Shown: in pieces, positions 24,734 through 38,490 of the stretch
Layout: every line of letters begins with the position of its first letter
How positions within the stretch are numbered: position 1 is the first letter of the stretch
Assembly: GCA_951406725.2 (NCBI GenBank)
Contig: OX597842.1
Span: forward strand, 22,134,001-22,198,000
Origin: Octopus vulgaris
Taxonomy: Eukaryota
Direction: 5' to 3'
DNA: 64,000 nt
Position numbers and translations under genes: made by a program
Notes under the pieces: generated by a model
Told to the model about the DNA's origin: nothing
The model's input: only the letters and a program-made list of their open reading frames with translations
Database searches by the model: none

Positions 24734-25199
24734 ACGTATTAGAATTTTCTCTGATTTTTCAGATTTTTGTATGCTAGGCTACTGGTTTTAAATTGATATT
24801 AATTAAATTAATATTCAATTTATCTCCCTCATTATTTAAATATATATTTATATAAATATTGGTGAAGTCAAATGGATCAGTGATTAGAGCGTCGGGCGCA
24901 GAATTGTTCTTCACATTGCTCCAGTTCACTCAGCTGTAGAAATGAGTTGCGATGTCACTGGTGCCAAGCTGTATCAGCCTTTATCTTTCCCTTGGACAAC
25001 TTTGGTGGTGTGGAGAGGGGAAAGCCGGTATGCATGGGTGATTGCTGGTCTTCTATAAACAACCGTTGCCGGACTTGCCCCTCAGATGGGAACTTTCTAG
25101 GTGTAATCTCATAGTCATACATGAATGAAGTGGGGGTCTTTTCCTTTTTCTTATATTGTTTGTTCCTTCTTGAGCCATGTCTGGCTCATAGGGCCGGTT

Positions 25200-26050
25200 T
25201 CCTTGGCATATAAGTTCCCCACCTGGACAGGAATATATGGGGTCAATGTAACATCCTTCTGGAAACCAAACAAGCTTGTGTATTCAGTTCTATCTTTTGT
25301 GGCAACAAACTGAGGGGGTTCTATCTTGTTCTTTCTGAAAGAGCCAACAAATGTTAATCTATAATTCTCCAAGAGATTAACTCTAAATCCATAACTTGTA
25401 AACCAATTATCCATTGTAATATTTCTTCCAGACCCTTTTATATGAGACACCAACCATTTTACCACTGCTGCTGTTGAGTGTAGCGATCTTCGTCCTAGTG
25501 GGAGAAGTCCGAAGCATGGTCCTTTGCTATTTGTAAGACACGCAGAAGAGAAAGCAGGTCAACCCCTAACACCAAGAGCATCGATGGATGGATGAATGCG
25601 CATCCAGGCTCAGCGGTTGTGTAGGAAGTCAGGTACAAGAAACAGGAAGAAAGAGTGAGAGAAAGTTGGAGTGAAAGAGTACAACAGGGGTCGCCACCAC
25701 CCCCTGCCAGAGCCTCGTGGAGCTTTAGGTGTTTTCGCTCAATAAACACACACAAAACCGTGGTCCTCCGACCACGAGTCCGCTGCCCTGACCATTGGGC
25801 CATTGCGCCTGCACTACCACTGCTGCTCCTGAATTACCTATAGAAGGGCCTTCTGCTTGTTTCCCCAAGTAGACCTCCATACATGATGCATAGAACGTTT
25901 TAGTATCGGCCAAAATAAATATTTTTATGCCATATTTTGCTGGTTTAATTGGCTTGTAGAACTTAAATGGACATCATAATTGGAGATACAATTATCCATA
26001 AATTTCACAAATAACTTTCTAAAAGGTGCAATCTTATCTTCTACATTGTA
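25200..26050 (-). pseudogene. piggyBac transposase relic interrupted by a SINE (25475-25810)
   Basis: DKIAPFRKLF, ADTKTFYASCMEVYLGK, GRNITMDNWFTS, LTFVGSFRKNK and SLFGFQKDVTL are piggyBac DDD-domain motifs. Confidence 0.85.
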
Positions 26051-27126
26051 CATTAACTTAGTGGAGTGTGCTGAGAAATTGTATGGATGGATAACACTAT
26101 CACTGTTGCCAGATATAAGATACACTCATACAAATATCACCTGGGGTATGAGATACCTCACAACAATAAAGCCAAGAGAAAAAGATGTTTTATAAACACA
26201 TTCTACCAGAATACGAAGTTTAAAATTTTTTAGTTACCTAGAAATTATGTTACAAACTGCCGTTCAAAAGGAAAAGATCCATGTTTTTTTACCTCAATAG
26301 ACGTCAGTGATTGGTTGAAATTGCCGAAATGCAAGAAATTAAAGACCAAATATCTTACAAACTATAGAATTTTCTTAATAAAGCCAAGAGAAAAAGATAT
26401 GTTTTATAAACACATTCTACCAGTACACGAAGTTTAAAAGTATTTAGTTATATGGAAATTATTTTTAAAAAACTGCCGTTCAAACCGAAAAGATCCCAGA
26501 TATGTAATCCTATCATATGGTTGTTCTCTTGTTTTCAATTTGTAGTGGTTCAATAAATCCACCACAATTATCGATTTTTATTTTTTCTACCGAAATTAAG
26601 CTCATGTACTTGCTTATCTCCCTTTACTCGCATATTTCACAAATTTCTGCCAGATCTCTTTACTTCCTTTAATTAATGCCGTAGTTTTTGTGGTATCAAC
26701 GTTCCTTCGAATATCACATGGAATTATTAGCAACAAAATTAAAGAGATATGTGAAAAAATTCCCTGTAGCTCGGTGGAAGATGTCAGGAACATTGCTTCT
26801 TTTGCCAAAAGACTATCGTAAGCTTTAATAAGTGTGTATTCTGAAGGCATCCAAGCTGTTCTCTGTGCAGACCAACAAAGCTGAAAATATGTGAGGGTTG
26901 AAATGCAAAGTAGGGGGAAGATCAGAATACAAAATGCTTCAAAATCTGAAATGATTTAAGAAAATAAATAAATAAAATAATAACGAGAATAATAGTCCTT
27001 TCTACTAAAGACACAAGGCTTGGAATTTTGAGGGCGGGGGCTTGTCGATTCTGCCGCCTCGCTGCCTCATGTGATGATCCTTTCAACTATAAGCACTAGG
27101 CCTGAAATTTCGTGGGGCAAGACTAG

Positions 27127-27760
27127 TTGATTACATCGACCCCAGTGCGTAACTGGTACTTAATTTATCGACCCCGAAAGGATGAAAGGCAAAGTCGACT
27201 TCAGCGGAATTTGAACTCAGAGCGTAGCGAAGGGCGAAATACCTATTTCTTTACTACCCACAAAGGGCTAAACACAGAGAGGACAGACAAACAGATTAAG
27301 TCGATTACATCGACCCCAGTGCACAACTGGTACTTAATTTATCGACCGAAAGGATGAAAGGCAAAGTCGACCTCGGCGTAATTTGTACTCAGAACGTAGC
27401 GAAGGGCGAAATACCTATTTCTTTACTACCCACAAAGAGCTAAAGACAGAGAGGACAGACAAACGGATTAAGTCGATTACATCGACCCCAGTGCACAATT
27501 GGTACTTAATTTATCGACCCCGAAAGGATGAAAGGCAAAGTCGACCTCAGCGGAATTTGAACTCAGGACGTGGCGAAGGGCGAAATACCTATTTCTATTT
27601 CTTTACTATCCACAAGGGGTTAAACACAGACAGGACAGACAAATGGATTAAGTCGATTACATTGACCCCAGTGCATAACTGGCACTTAATTTATCGACCC
27701 CGAAAGGATGAAAGGTAAAGTCGACCTCAGCGGAATTTGAAGCCCTAAGCATTTCGTCCA
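27127..27760 (-). repeat. SINE S1 tandem array (~4 units)
   Basis: Same junction as at 13378 (CGAAATACCTATTTC on +). Confidence 0.85.
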
Positions 27761-27910
27761 GAATTCTTGGATTCGGTTTCGAATCTAGGCTTAGAGAAGG
27801 AAGTGTTAATTCTTACGCATAGGTTTATTCAGTAGGTTCAACGTTGCTTAATTTCGGTGCATTCAACGTAATATAGCTGTAATAATTTTAACAGTTTTAA
27901 AACATTTTTC

Positions 27911-28318
27911 GGATCTTTTCGGTTTGACCGGCAGTTTTTTCTAGCGGTGTCATATGAAATTGTCACCCATAATTAAGACCCTAGTATCGATCTATTGCAT
28001 TTCAATTTGTTTTAGGGTTAGGGTTGGGAGAAGGGTATCTTTTTTTCTTCAGAAATGTAAATAAACTCAATCTGTTTCTTAAAGGAGGGACATATTCATA
28101 CGGCACAGAATGTTTTCACCTCAATAGACGTCAGTGATTGGTTGAAATTGCAGAAATTGAAGAAAAAACAACAAATATCTTCCAAACTATAGAACTTTCT
28201 CAATAAAGCCAAGAGAAAAAGATGTTTTATAAACACATTCTACCAGTATACGAAATTTAAAAGTGTTTAGTTACGTGGAAATTATTTTAAAAAACTGCCG
28301 TTCAAACCGAAAAGATCC
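27911..28318. mobile_element. MITE with ~29-bp TIRs and an internal TTAGGG doublet
   Basis: GGATCTTTTCGGTTTGA(A/C)CGGCAGTTTTT TIRs and imperfect 8-bp TSD CATTTTTC/AATTTTTC; partial copies at 26165-26497, 36481-36730 and 43790-44154. Confidence 0.75.
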
Positions 28319-30821
28319 AATTTTTCGCATACAACCTTCAGAAAAAGGTTGTATGTTAATATTTGGTTAGTCGTTCGTGGCAGTTGTTCTACTTGATATA
28401 ATTGTTTCTTCAATTCTCAGCTGGGGTCAAAGTTGTTATAAATCCCATTTTAACTCCGGTTAATCCATGCCGAAGTTTTGAAGATAGTTATATAAATAGA
28501 GATATTATTACAGTAAACAAACCAAATAGGATTGTCCTGCAAACGAGGAAAGTGGATTGATATGGGTTTTAAAGGCCTAATAATGGTGGTGAGTGGATAT
28601 TAGTATCTACCAATCGACCTCTGGTTTTGCTGGATCTTTATTTTATTGATTCTGAAGCAGTGAAAGGTAAAATTGAGATCGGCGGAATTTGAGCTCAGAA
28701 CATAAAAGACCAGAAGAAACACTGCATGGCCTAAATAATTGCTATTAATTTTAGTACGATGCTATAATTTCGTTTCGGTACCTAAAGCAAACCAATGCAT
28801 GTTTTATACATTCCCCATTATAGGTTATCGACAAGGGAACCTGTTTTCATGGATGTTTGTGGGGACAGATATTCTCTTGTCTGAAATGATTGACTTTTCT
28901 TGGTGAATTTCTACTTGTGTATCAAAACTGATGAAGAAAGGACTATATGGAAGATAACGAGTGAGAGTAAATCGTGAGTGAAGTAATAATTCCAACTTAT
29001 TTTTATATTTAAGTTCGTTTTCTCTTTGTAGAAACCTGTTATAATCGGAGATCTTAAGATATTCAAGATTTGTTTTCATTTTACCGATCATAAATACTTT
29101 TCTAAACCTGCTGAAATTATGAAATTAATTTATCACATCTTCAAACAATAACTCTCCCTTTTGTTGCAGTAAGTAACAATATCGTTAAAGCTATATAGAG
29201 AGAGATAATAACAAAGGGTAAAATTAATTAATTAAGAAGTAATCAGTAATTTCACCAAGTAGAATTCGGCATGAAAAAGACCATTTCATGGTAAGCTTAA
29301 GTAATACTTTATAATTAGGGTTCAGCAAAGATTTGCTTTACCACATACCGAAGTTTAGAAATAGCAGTCAAAAAACCTTAGCTATTTCTTCTACTTTAAA
29401 AAGGGACTCCCAGAAAACCCAAATACTTGAAAACAATCTACGCAGGCAGAGAGGAAAAATAACGAAAATCAATCTATATCTGGTTACCCATGTACGCGCC
29501 TTTTCGGAATTAGATCGGTATAAAGAATATAGAATTATACTTTACCCAACCATATAGAGAGAGAGTCAGTTAGACAGACCGAGTAGCAACCACCCCGAAT
29601 TTGTTTCTTTATAACTTACAGGAAAATGGATATTTTTTAATGAAATTTTCGACATATACGCTTCAGATAATGTAGATTCTGAATATATCGCAATTTGTTT
29701 TGCTAAAAATTTTCCGAGGTTAGGGGGGAAGAGTTTCGGAAATTCACACGGATCGGTTTTGCTCCCTCATAACTCATAGAAAAATCGATATTTTTTAATG
29801 AAATTTTCTACAGAATACCGTTCAGAGTGTATCCATCACAATTTTATCGGAATTTAATACAAAAATAAATACATGGGTTGGACAAAATAATGGAAACACC
29901 TTAAAATTTCAAACAAATTATTTTAATATGGAGTATTTATTGATTCCAAATCATTGAAAATTATTTTGATTAGAATTCATTTGGATAGTTCATATATGTC
30001 AGGCTTCTCTGAGTTTCCATCTACCACATCCTCTCCCAAGGCTTTGATTGGCCACTCTAGGACTGAACCCAGGACCTATGTTGTTAGAAAGCCAACTTCT
30101 TACCACACAACCATCCCTGCACCTCTATGGTAATGTCTTTATAAAAATTAGTAAAACTCTCACTGTTTTAATCTCTCTAATTCCTAATTATCTTGTATGT
30201 ATTACACTCTTGTTTCTCTTTCGTTTCAGATTATCAGATGACATCTGCTTCACAGGATTTTTACATAAGCAGCGTCATTAGAATGGAAAGTCTTTTGAAG
30301 ACTGAGCAAAGATGTTATACAAAACACGTATAACCCTGTTTCTATAAATATTTACTGAATTACTGCAAAATATATCTGCTGAACTGATATATGTAACAAA
30401 ATTTCTCTTCTTTATTGTCTGGAGTACACAGAAAATTGTATTTGTATTTTGATTAATCATTTGGCATTTCAACTGGCCGTATCAGTCCCAAACGTTCAAA
30501 CTATTTTGTGTTAAAACTGCCCACATCTGGCCTCTTAGTCTCACCCTACAATGTCATTCTAAACATAAGGAATCACATCATTGAAATCTTAAAGCAATAC
30601 GATAATGAATGATTAATTTGGAAGAATTTGGAGAGATAACCATTATATTTGATAGAGTAATCTGAATGTTAATGAGTTAAAGCAATTAAAAAGGCAGTTT
30701 GCAGCATCTTCAGATATTAACAAAGAACACTTTTGATGAAGATATATCAGTAGAAATATTTAAGAGCAATATACGAGAAGAAGGAAAACCTTTGTGTACT
30801 GTGACGAGAGAAAGGAAAATT

Positions 30822-31937
30822 ATGGAAAAGGAATTATGTAGGAGTGAAGATCAATATGAAAGAGAGTCTGAAGAAATTGATGTTTCTGATGATGTTGAGA
30901 ATGAAAAGAGCAAAGCATCATTTGAGTGTGATATCTGTGGTAAATCATTCTCTCAGAAAGCTGACTTAGTCTTTCACCAACGTGTTCATACAGGAGAGAA
31001 GCCATATCATTGCGATATCTGTGGTAAATCGTTCACTCGAAAAGATTACTTGATTAATCACCAACATATTCATACAGGAGAGAGGCCGTATCGCTGTGAT
31101 ATCTGTGGTAAACCATTCTCACAAGGTTGTAACTTAACAAGACACAAACAGATTCACACAAAAGGAAAATATTTACACTGTGATGTCTGTGGTAAATCAT
31201 TTTTTGATACTCATCATTTAACCACTCACAAACGCATTCATACACAAGAAAAACCATATCGCTGTGATATCTGTGGTAAATCATTCTATGAAAATAGTTA
31301 CCTAACTACTCACTTGCGCATTCATACAGGAGAGAAGCCATATCACTGTGATTTCTGCGGGAAATCATTTTCTTACAGACACACATTAACTATTCACAAA
31401 AACATTCATACAGGTGAGAAGCCATATCATTGTGATATCTGTGGTAAATCATTCTCACAAAATTATCACTTGACTAGGCACAAACGTACACATACAGGAG
31501 AAAAGCCATATCACTGTGATATCTGTGGTAAATCATTTCCTGGAACTAGTGATGTAACTATTCACAAGCGTGTTCATACAGGAGAGAAGCCATATCCTTG
31601 TGATATCTGTGGTGAGTCATTCTCTAGAAGTGGTGTCTTAATTAGTCACAAACGTATTCATACAGGTGAGAAACCATATCATTGTGACATTTGTGGTAAA
31701 TCGTTCTCTCAAAATAATCACTTGACTCGTCACAAACGTATTCATACAGGGGAGAAGCCATATCACTGTGATATCTGTGGTAAATCATTCCCTGAAAATG
31801 GTGACTTAACTAGTCACAAACATATTCATACAGGAGAGAAACCTTTTCAGTGTGACATCTGTGATAAATCTTTCACTCGAAATTATCTCTTGACTAGGCA
31901 CAAACACATTCATACAGGACAAGTCATATCACCTTAA
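30822..31937 (+). CDS. C2H2 zinc-finger protein, 12 fingers; close paralog of 22505 with the stop supplied by a MITE
   Basis: First ATG (MEKEL) at 30822; flanks nearly identical to the 22505 locus; the TAA lies within the TTAA target site. Confidence 0.88.
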   Translation: MEKELCRSEDQYERESEEIDVSDDVENEKSKASFECDICGKSFSQKADLVFHQRVHTGEKPYHCDICGKSFTRKDYLINHQHIHTGERPYRCDICGKPFSQGCNLTRHKQIHTKGKYLHCDVCGKSFFDTHHLTTHKRIHTQEKPYRCDICGKSFYENSYLTTHLRIHTGEKPYHCDFCGKSFSYRHTLTIHKNIHTGEKPYHCDICGKSFSQNYHLTRHKRTHTGEKPYHCDICGKSFPGTSDVTIHKRVHTGEKPYPCDICGESFSRSGVLISHKRIHTGEKPYHCDICGKSFSQNNHLTRHKRIHTGEKPYHCDICGKSFPENGDLTSHKHIHTGEKPFQCDICDKSFTRNYLLTRHKHIHTGQVISP

Positions 31938-32405
31938 CCCTTTCGTTACCAATCCGGCTCTGGCTCTTTAATATAAATGTCTTGTTTTCATAAGTTTTGC
32001 ATCAAAATATACCACCAAACCTTAGTCGCAATTTATATTCCTAATACTAGCTTAATGATAACTAAGTTATATTTTACTAAATTCTTTGTTATATTTAAAA
32101 TAATTGAAAGAAACACAGAGCATCTCAACAGAAATATGGTAACAAAAGGCTTAAAAATATATAATAGAGAAACAATGCTTAACCCTTTTGATACCAACCT
32201 GGCTGAAACCACCTCTGGCTCATAGTACAAATGTCTTGTTTTCGTAAGTTTTGAATTAAAATCTTCCACCAAACCTTAATCGCAATTTATGTTCCTAACA
32301 CTAGCTGAATGATAACTAAGTTATTTTACTAAATTCTTTGTTATATTTAAAATAATTGAAAGAAACACAGAGCATCTCAACAGAATATGGTAAGAAAAGG
32401 GTTAA
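31934..32405. mobile_element. Two adjacent piggyBac-type MITEs (31934-32154, 32179-32405)
   Basis: TTAACCCTTT(C/T)G(T/A)TACCA...TGGTAA(C/G)AAAAGG(C/G)TTAA termini; a third copy at 33662-33901. Confidence 0.85.
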
Positions 32406-33169
32406 TACTTGTTGTAAATCATTTTCTTAAAATAGCATTTCAACTAGTCACAAACGTTTTCATACAGGAGAGAAGCCATATATTGTGACATGTGACGAAT
32501 CATTTGCTCATAAAAATACCTTAACTATTCATATGAGAGACAAACCACGCCAGTGATCATTCATCATTGTTTTCACGTCCACGTTTGCCATGCTCTCATG
32601 GGTCAGCTGGAATTTGTTGAGGTGGATTTTCTCCATCTAGATACACTTCTTGTTTCCAACTTTCATCTGTTTCAAACTAAGATAATATTTCCCCATGACC
32701 AGACATGTTTTTGTGGCAAATTGGATATGGACATTGCTTGTATGGCAGTGACACTCAGTGTCAAGGCAAGGAGATGGTAACACAGATACACATGCACATT
32801 CATAAGCCCCTCACACTTCTATGAAACATCCCCCTCTATCCTCTGTACCACTAATATTCCCCCACCACAACTACCTTTTGTGTATGTCCTCATACATCTC
32901 CATCACCATCTATTTCTCTCTATATATCTGTCACTCTCTCTTTCGTTTCCTATCTATCTATATATATATATATATACATACATACATATATATATATATA
33001 TAGCGAAAAATATACACAAAGTTTGTTTTTATGAGATTAAGTATTTACATAGTCAACAGGTTTTGCTTTTGCTAATCATGACAAAGAAATTAGTGAAAAT
33101 ATTACATTTTCATTCATTCACCTACTTAGAAAAGGTTTGAGAGATAAAGAAATTGATTATATCACAAAT

Positions 33170-33660
33170 TCTGAATGTAAACCTTGAATTACCTAACATC
33201 CACAAGTTAACGAAGCCTGCAAACAATCACCTGACATATACATTAATGTCCAAGTACCACATGATTGAAAACTTCTAGCTGGACCGGCAAGTGAAACCCA
33301 CCCCTTAAGCAATTTTCTCAACATCCTACTGAAACACCTTTTGAAATGTAAATGCTTCATTACAGATTACCTTGATATGCTAAACCACCTACCAGAAACA
33401 ATCGATGAAGGGGCAGTCATGGCTTCCTTCAATGTTATAAACCTGGACACTAATATCCCATATAAATATGGAATACAAGCAATTAAATTCTGGCTGGAAA
33501 ACTGTCCAGAAGAACTTCCAGAGTTTGTGAATCAGGAGTTTGTTATGGAAGCTTTAAAATTTATCCTTCAGAGCAGTTAGTTTTTATTTGGTACCACTTC
33601 CTACTGACAAAGATGTGGAATTGTGATGGGAATAAAACCAGCCCCAGTTCTTGTGAAGCT
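33170..33660 (+). pseudogene. Penelope-like reverse transcriptase relic
   Basis: AGPASETHPLSNFL...MASFNVINLDTNIP...LKFILQSS*FLF...QRCGIVMG..PAP match Penelope RT motifs (SFDVxSLYTNIP, QxxGxAMG). Confidence 0.75.
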
Positions 33661-34464
33661 TTTAACCCTTTTGTTACCAACCTGGCTGAAACCACCTCTG
33701 GTTCTGAGTACAAATTCTGAGTACAAATGCCTTGTTTTCATAAGTTTTGAATTAAAATCTTTCACCAAACCTTAGTCATAATTTATGTTCCTAACACTAG
33801 CTGAATGATAACTAAGTTATTTTACTAAATTCTTTGTTATATCTAAAGTTATTGAAAGAAACACAGAGCATCTCAACAGAAATACAGTAATGAAAGGTTA
33901 ATTTGATAATTCAGAAGTGCAAAAGTTTCTACTACCATTAACAAATGCTTCTCCATGTTACTGAGAAATTTATAGAGGACAAAAAAAAAAAGATTCTTCT
34001 AAGCAAACAACTCTAGATTTGTTTTTTTTTTTAAAGAAACTTAACAGTCCATCTATGAATGAAAGTGATTCAGAAAACAATTATATATTTTTTTCTTATA
34101 AATGATCTGCACATTGTTTTTAATTTATATAAAATATTCTTTACATTCTACTGTTGTTTTATTGTCATTTATTTACAAGTATTATAAATTTTATTGGTAA
34201 AATATTTTTCTAGCAATGAATTACAATTTATAACATTGCTTCTATGGGAAATTATTGCTTTGCTTTATGAGTTTTCACTTTAGGAGCAATCTCCAGTAAG
34301 AAATTAACTCATATATCAAGGCATTATTGTGTTTGACATTATTTTGGCACAAGGCCAGCAATTTCAGGGGAAGGAGTAAGTTGAATAACCACATGGATCA
34401 GCATGTGTGCTCTTTACATGAACTGGCACAAATGCTTCTTACAGGGAGTGGCATTGCACGATAT

Positions 34465-36036
34465 ACCTATATATAGATAGCTGAAGTTGTCTGTATGTGG
34501 CAGGTTTTGCAGCCTTCAACTAACACTATCTCTACCGAGACACTGAGGCGCAAGTTGACCAAAATTGAGAGTATGATAAAAGAAAGCTTGCTCTTCCTTC
34601 TGTAGAAGAAAAAATTCAAATCACACCATGTCAACACCAAATATTATTTAGATCAGAAAGGTGCTTTTTTTTCTATGAAAATCCCTATTTTTTACAATTC
34701 TTTGACTGCTGTGTAGTCATTTTTCGGTGTATTTCAACCAGAAAAATGTTCACTTGAGAATAACAGGCTACATAATGCAAGATTTTTACTTTTCAAAAAT
34801 TCCAATTCTAAAGGGTCGAAACAAACCAAACCCAAGCAACGCCAGGCGATACTGCTAGTAATCTCTATATATAAAGCTGAAGTTGTCTGTGTATGGCAGG
34901 TTTGGTAGCCTTCAACTAACACTATTCCCTCTTCTGAGACCCTGGGGCGCAAGTTGACAAAAATTGAGAGTATGATAGAAGAAGGCTTGCTCTTCCCTCC
35001 GTAGAAGATAAAATTCAAATCGGACCATGTTAACACCAAAAATTATTTACATCAAAAAGGTGCTTTTTTTTTCTATGAAAATCCCTATTTTTTATGATTT
35101 TTTTACTGCTTTGTCACCATTTTTCGGTGTATTTCAACCGGAAAGATGTTCACTTAAAGAGAATTACAAGCTACATAATGCAAAATTTTTACTTTTCAAA
35201 AATTCCGATTCTAAAGTGTCGAAACAAATCCGAGCGATACTGCTAGTAAGCATATCTCCCTCTATATAAACGGCAGTTTGTCTGTCTGTGTATCTGTCAG
35301 GTTGTACCCTCACCCTGACTACGGCTTTCAACCGATTCTGATGAAACTCGACACACACATAGCCCAATGTCATAATTCAAAACTAACGCAGCAAAAATTT
35401 TGAAAAGTTCCCCCAGTTCTGAAAAAAATCGATAAATTCGACATGGAGTCGAGAATCTAAGCTTTTTATATGCAACACATTTTCTGTTGTAGTTTTCGCA
35501 ACTTGCAATCGATTTTCACCAAACTCACGGTGAAGCTTAATGTTACCGTAAGAAACTTAATTCTGGCGTTAGTTTTCCATGCAATACCTTACCATCAGAA
35601 AAAATCGATAAAATCATGCGATTTTGGGAAATCGCGTTCAAATTCAAGATGACATATTTTCGACAATATCTTTAACAAATTGGCAGGAATTTTTTTTTAA
35701 ATTCACAGCGAGCATCATGTCTGCTCCAAGGAGCTATATGGCCCTTTTTATTCCAATAGGATACTTTATTACTGGAAAAACTCGGTTAATTAAATCATAT
35801 GTGACACACATAGCAACTCGACTTTTTTAACTCTCTTGGGAGGCGCAATGACGTTTTCATGTTTTCGCCCAAAGGGACAGCTTGGAACATCGTATACACA
35901 GAAGTATTCGAGTGAAGAGAAGACATTGCAACCTACACATGCGCCTTCGTTCCCTAGAGGGAAAGGACTAGATTGGGATTAGTCGTTGCCTACTAGGGGC
36001 TCTTACATACCCGGGCAACGCCGGGCTATGCTGCTA
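34465..36036 (+). mobile_element. Three head-to-tail Helitrons (A, A and a distinct family D)
   Basis: Three CTAG termini near 34858, 35246 and 36036; the first two are followed within a few bp by a new TC(N)nTATATAAA start. Confidence 0.8.
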
Positions 36037-37439
36037 GTAAAGCTATAAAAAAATCGAAACTTTTTTTTTTTTACTGAATGTACTTGCTTATCTCCCTTTA
36101 CTCGTCTAATTAGCTTATCGTTTTTTCCAGTGTAATAAGCAACACATACTTCTGTCCGATCTAATTACTTCTTTTAATTAATGTTGTAATTATTGTGGTA
36201 ACAACGTTCCTTCGTATATCCCATGGAATTGTCACCAAGAAAATGAAAGACTCGTAAGCTTAACATAATGAAGTGTGTTTTTTTTAAGACATCCAAGCTG
36301 TTCTATGTGGAGACGTAGAAGTCGTACACGGCTGAAAATATGTGAGTGCTGAAATGGTAAGAAGGGGAGAAATCAGAAGACAAAAAGTTTCAAAGTCTGA
36401 AAAGCAGAAGAACAAATTCTAAAATACTTTAAAAAGAAAATAAATAAATAATAATAATTATAATAGTAATAATAATAATAGGATCTTTTCCTTTTGAAGG
36501 CCAGATTTCAACACAATTTCTAGTTAACTAAACACTTTAAAACTTCGTTTACTGGTAGAATGTGTCAAAATAAAACATTTTTTTCTCTTGGCTTTCCTGA
36601 GAAAATTGTAATTTGTTTGTTTAACGTAGTTTAATTTTTCGAATTTTAACCAATCCTATGCTCTCTTTTGAACTAAAATCATTTGCTGCGTCTAAAACAG
36701 ACGACATCTTGTCACTAACCCTAACCCTAAATTTTAGCCTTTCGTTTTTGTTTTTTTATTTTAATTGTTAAATTAATTTAAGGAAATTAAATTAATTAAG
36801 AAAAAAAAAACCAAAGCAATGGAAAATAATTTTAATTTAATAATTAAGAAAAAAAAAACGAAAGGCTAAAACTCAAAACAAAAACAAAACGAATAATTTT
36901 AGACACACAGAATATTGAAAACAAAAGACACCGCTTGTGTGACAGGGATACTCATTTACAACTATGATGCAAGGAGACACATAAGACAAACAATTAGGAT
37001 AATATTGACAAATTCCAATAAAAAGTATACTCTAAATCTTTATTATAGGCATATAGCCTGGACGAAGAGTAGACATAACAAGGACAGACACAACACCACA
37101 GTGGGGACAATAAACATAAAACGAATGAGGATGAATATTATATAAAAATGGAAAATGAAATGGCTGCATGGGTCCCACTCCTCATGCAGTACCATTTGAA
37201 CGTTTGTACACACTATATTACAATCGGGATATTTCACAATGATAAAGTCATAAAGTCACTTTGCCGATTCACTACATTGTGAATGGCAAAACAAAAGTCC
37301 TGTGCAAAATATTCTCCAATCACTATTACATACAAAAAGACATCCCACACATATTGCAGTGGAAGGGTTTTGTCATCTGTGGGTATTCTATGAGTATGAT
37401 TAAATCATTGTCAGACACAAAAGTTTCCCCACATTTTTC

Positions 37440-38490
37440 AGTGGAATAGTTTTTTCCTTTAACTGTTTTCTTAATTCACTGTTAAATACAAAGACAATCC
37501 ATTCATGACACACTGGAATAGTTTTTCTCCAATACTTTCCTTTAACTGTTTTCTTAATTCACTGTTAAATACAAAGACAATCCATTCATGTCATACTGGA
37601 ATAGTTTTTTCTCCAGTACTTTCCTTTAACTGTTTTCTTAATTCACTGTTAAATACAAAGACAATCCATCCATGTCACAGTGGAATAGTTTTTTCTTTAA
37701 CTGTTTTCTTAATTCACTGTTAAATACAAAGACAATCCATTCATGACACACAGGAATAGTTTTTCTCCAGTACTTTCCTTTAACTGTTTTCTTAATTCAC
37801 TGTTAAGTACAAAGACAATCCATTCATGACACACTGGAATAGTTTTTCTCCAATACTTTCCTTTAACTGTTTTCTTAATTCACTGTTAAATACAAAGACA
37901 ATCCATTCATGTCATACTGGAATAGTTTTTTCTCCAGTACTTTCCTTTAACTGTTTTCTTAATTCACTGTTAAATACAAAGACAATCCATTCATGACACA
38001 CGGGAATAGTTTTTCTCCAGCACTTTCCTTTAACTGTTTTCTTAATTCACTCTTAAATACAAAGACAATCCATTCATGTCACAGTGGAGTAGTTTTTTCT
38101 CCAGTACTTTCCTTTAACTGTTTTCTTAATTCACTCTTAAATACAAAGACAATCCATTCATGTCACAGTGGAATAGTTTTTTCTCCAGTACTTTCCTTTA
38201 ACTGTTTTCTTAATTCACTGTTAAATACAAAGACAATCCATTCATGTCAGAGTGGAATAGTTTTTCTCCAATTTTCTTTAACTGTTTTCTTAATTCACTG
38301 TTAAATACAAAGACAATCCATTCATGACACACTGGAATAGTTTTTTTCTTTAACTGTTTTTTAAAATTCACTGTTAAGTACAAAGACAATCCATTCATGA
38401 CACACTGGAATAGTTTTTCTCCAATACTTTTCTTTAACTGTTTTCTTAATTCACTGTTAGATACAAAGACACTCCATTCATGTCATACTG
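37440..38490 (-). repeat. Minisatellite of ~13 units (71-84 bp) derived from one decayed zinc finger
   Basis: On the - strand the unit reads approximately GEKLFQ(C/Y)DMNGLS-VFNSELRKQLKES and continues directly from the ZNF end. Confidence 0.85.

Noticed and set aside
36714-36730. Interstitial telomere (also 8463, 28012, 44056)
   Set aside because: Only 2-3 units, mostly internal to a MITE family.
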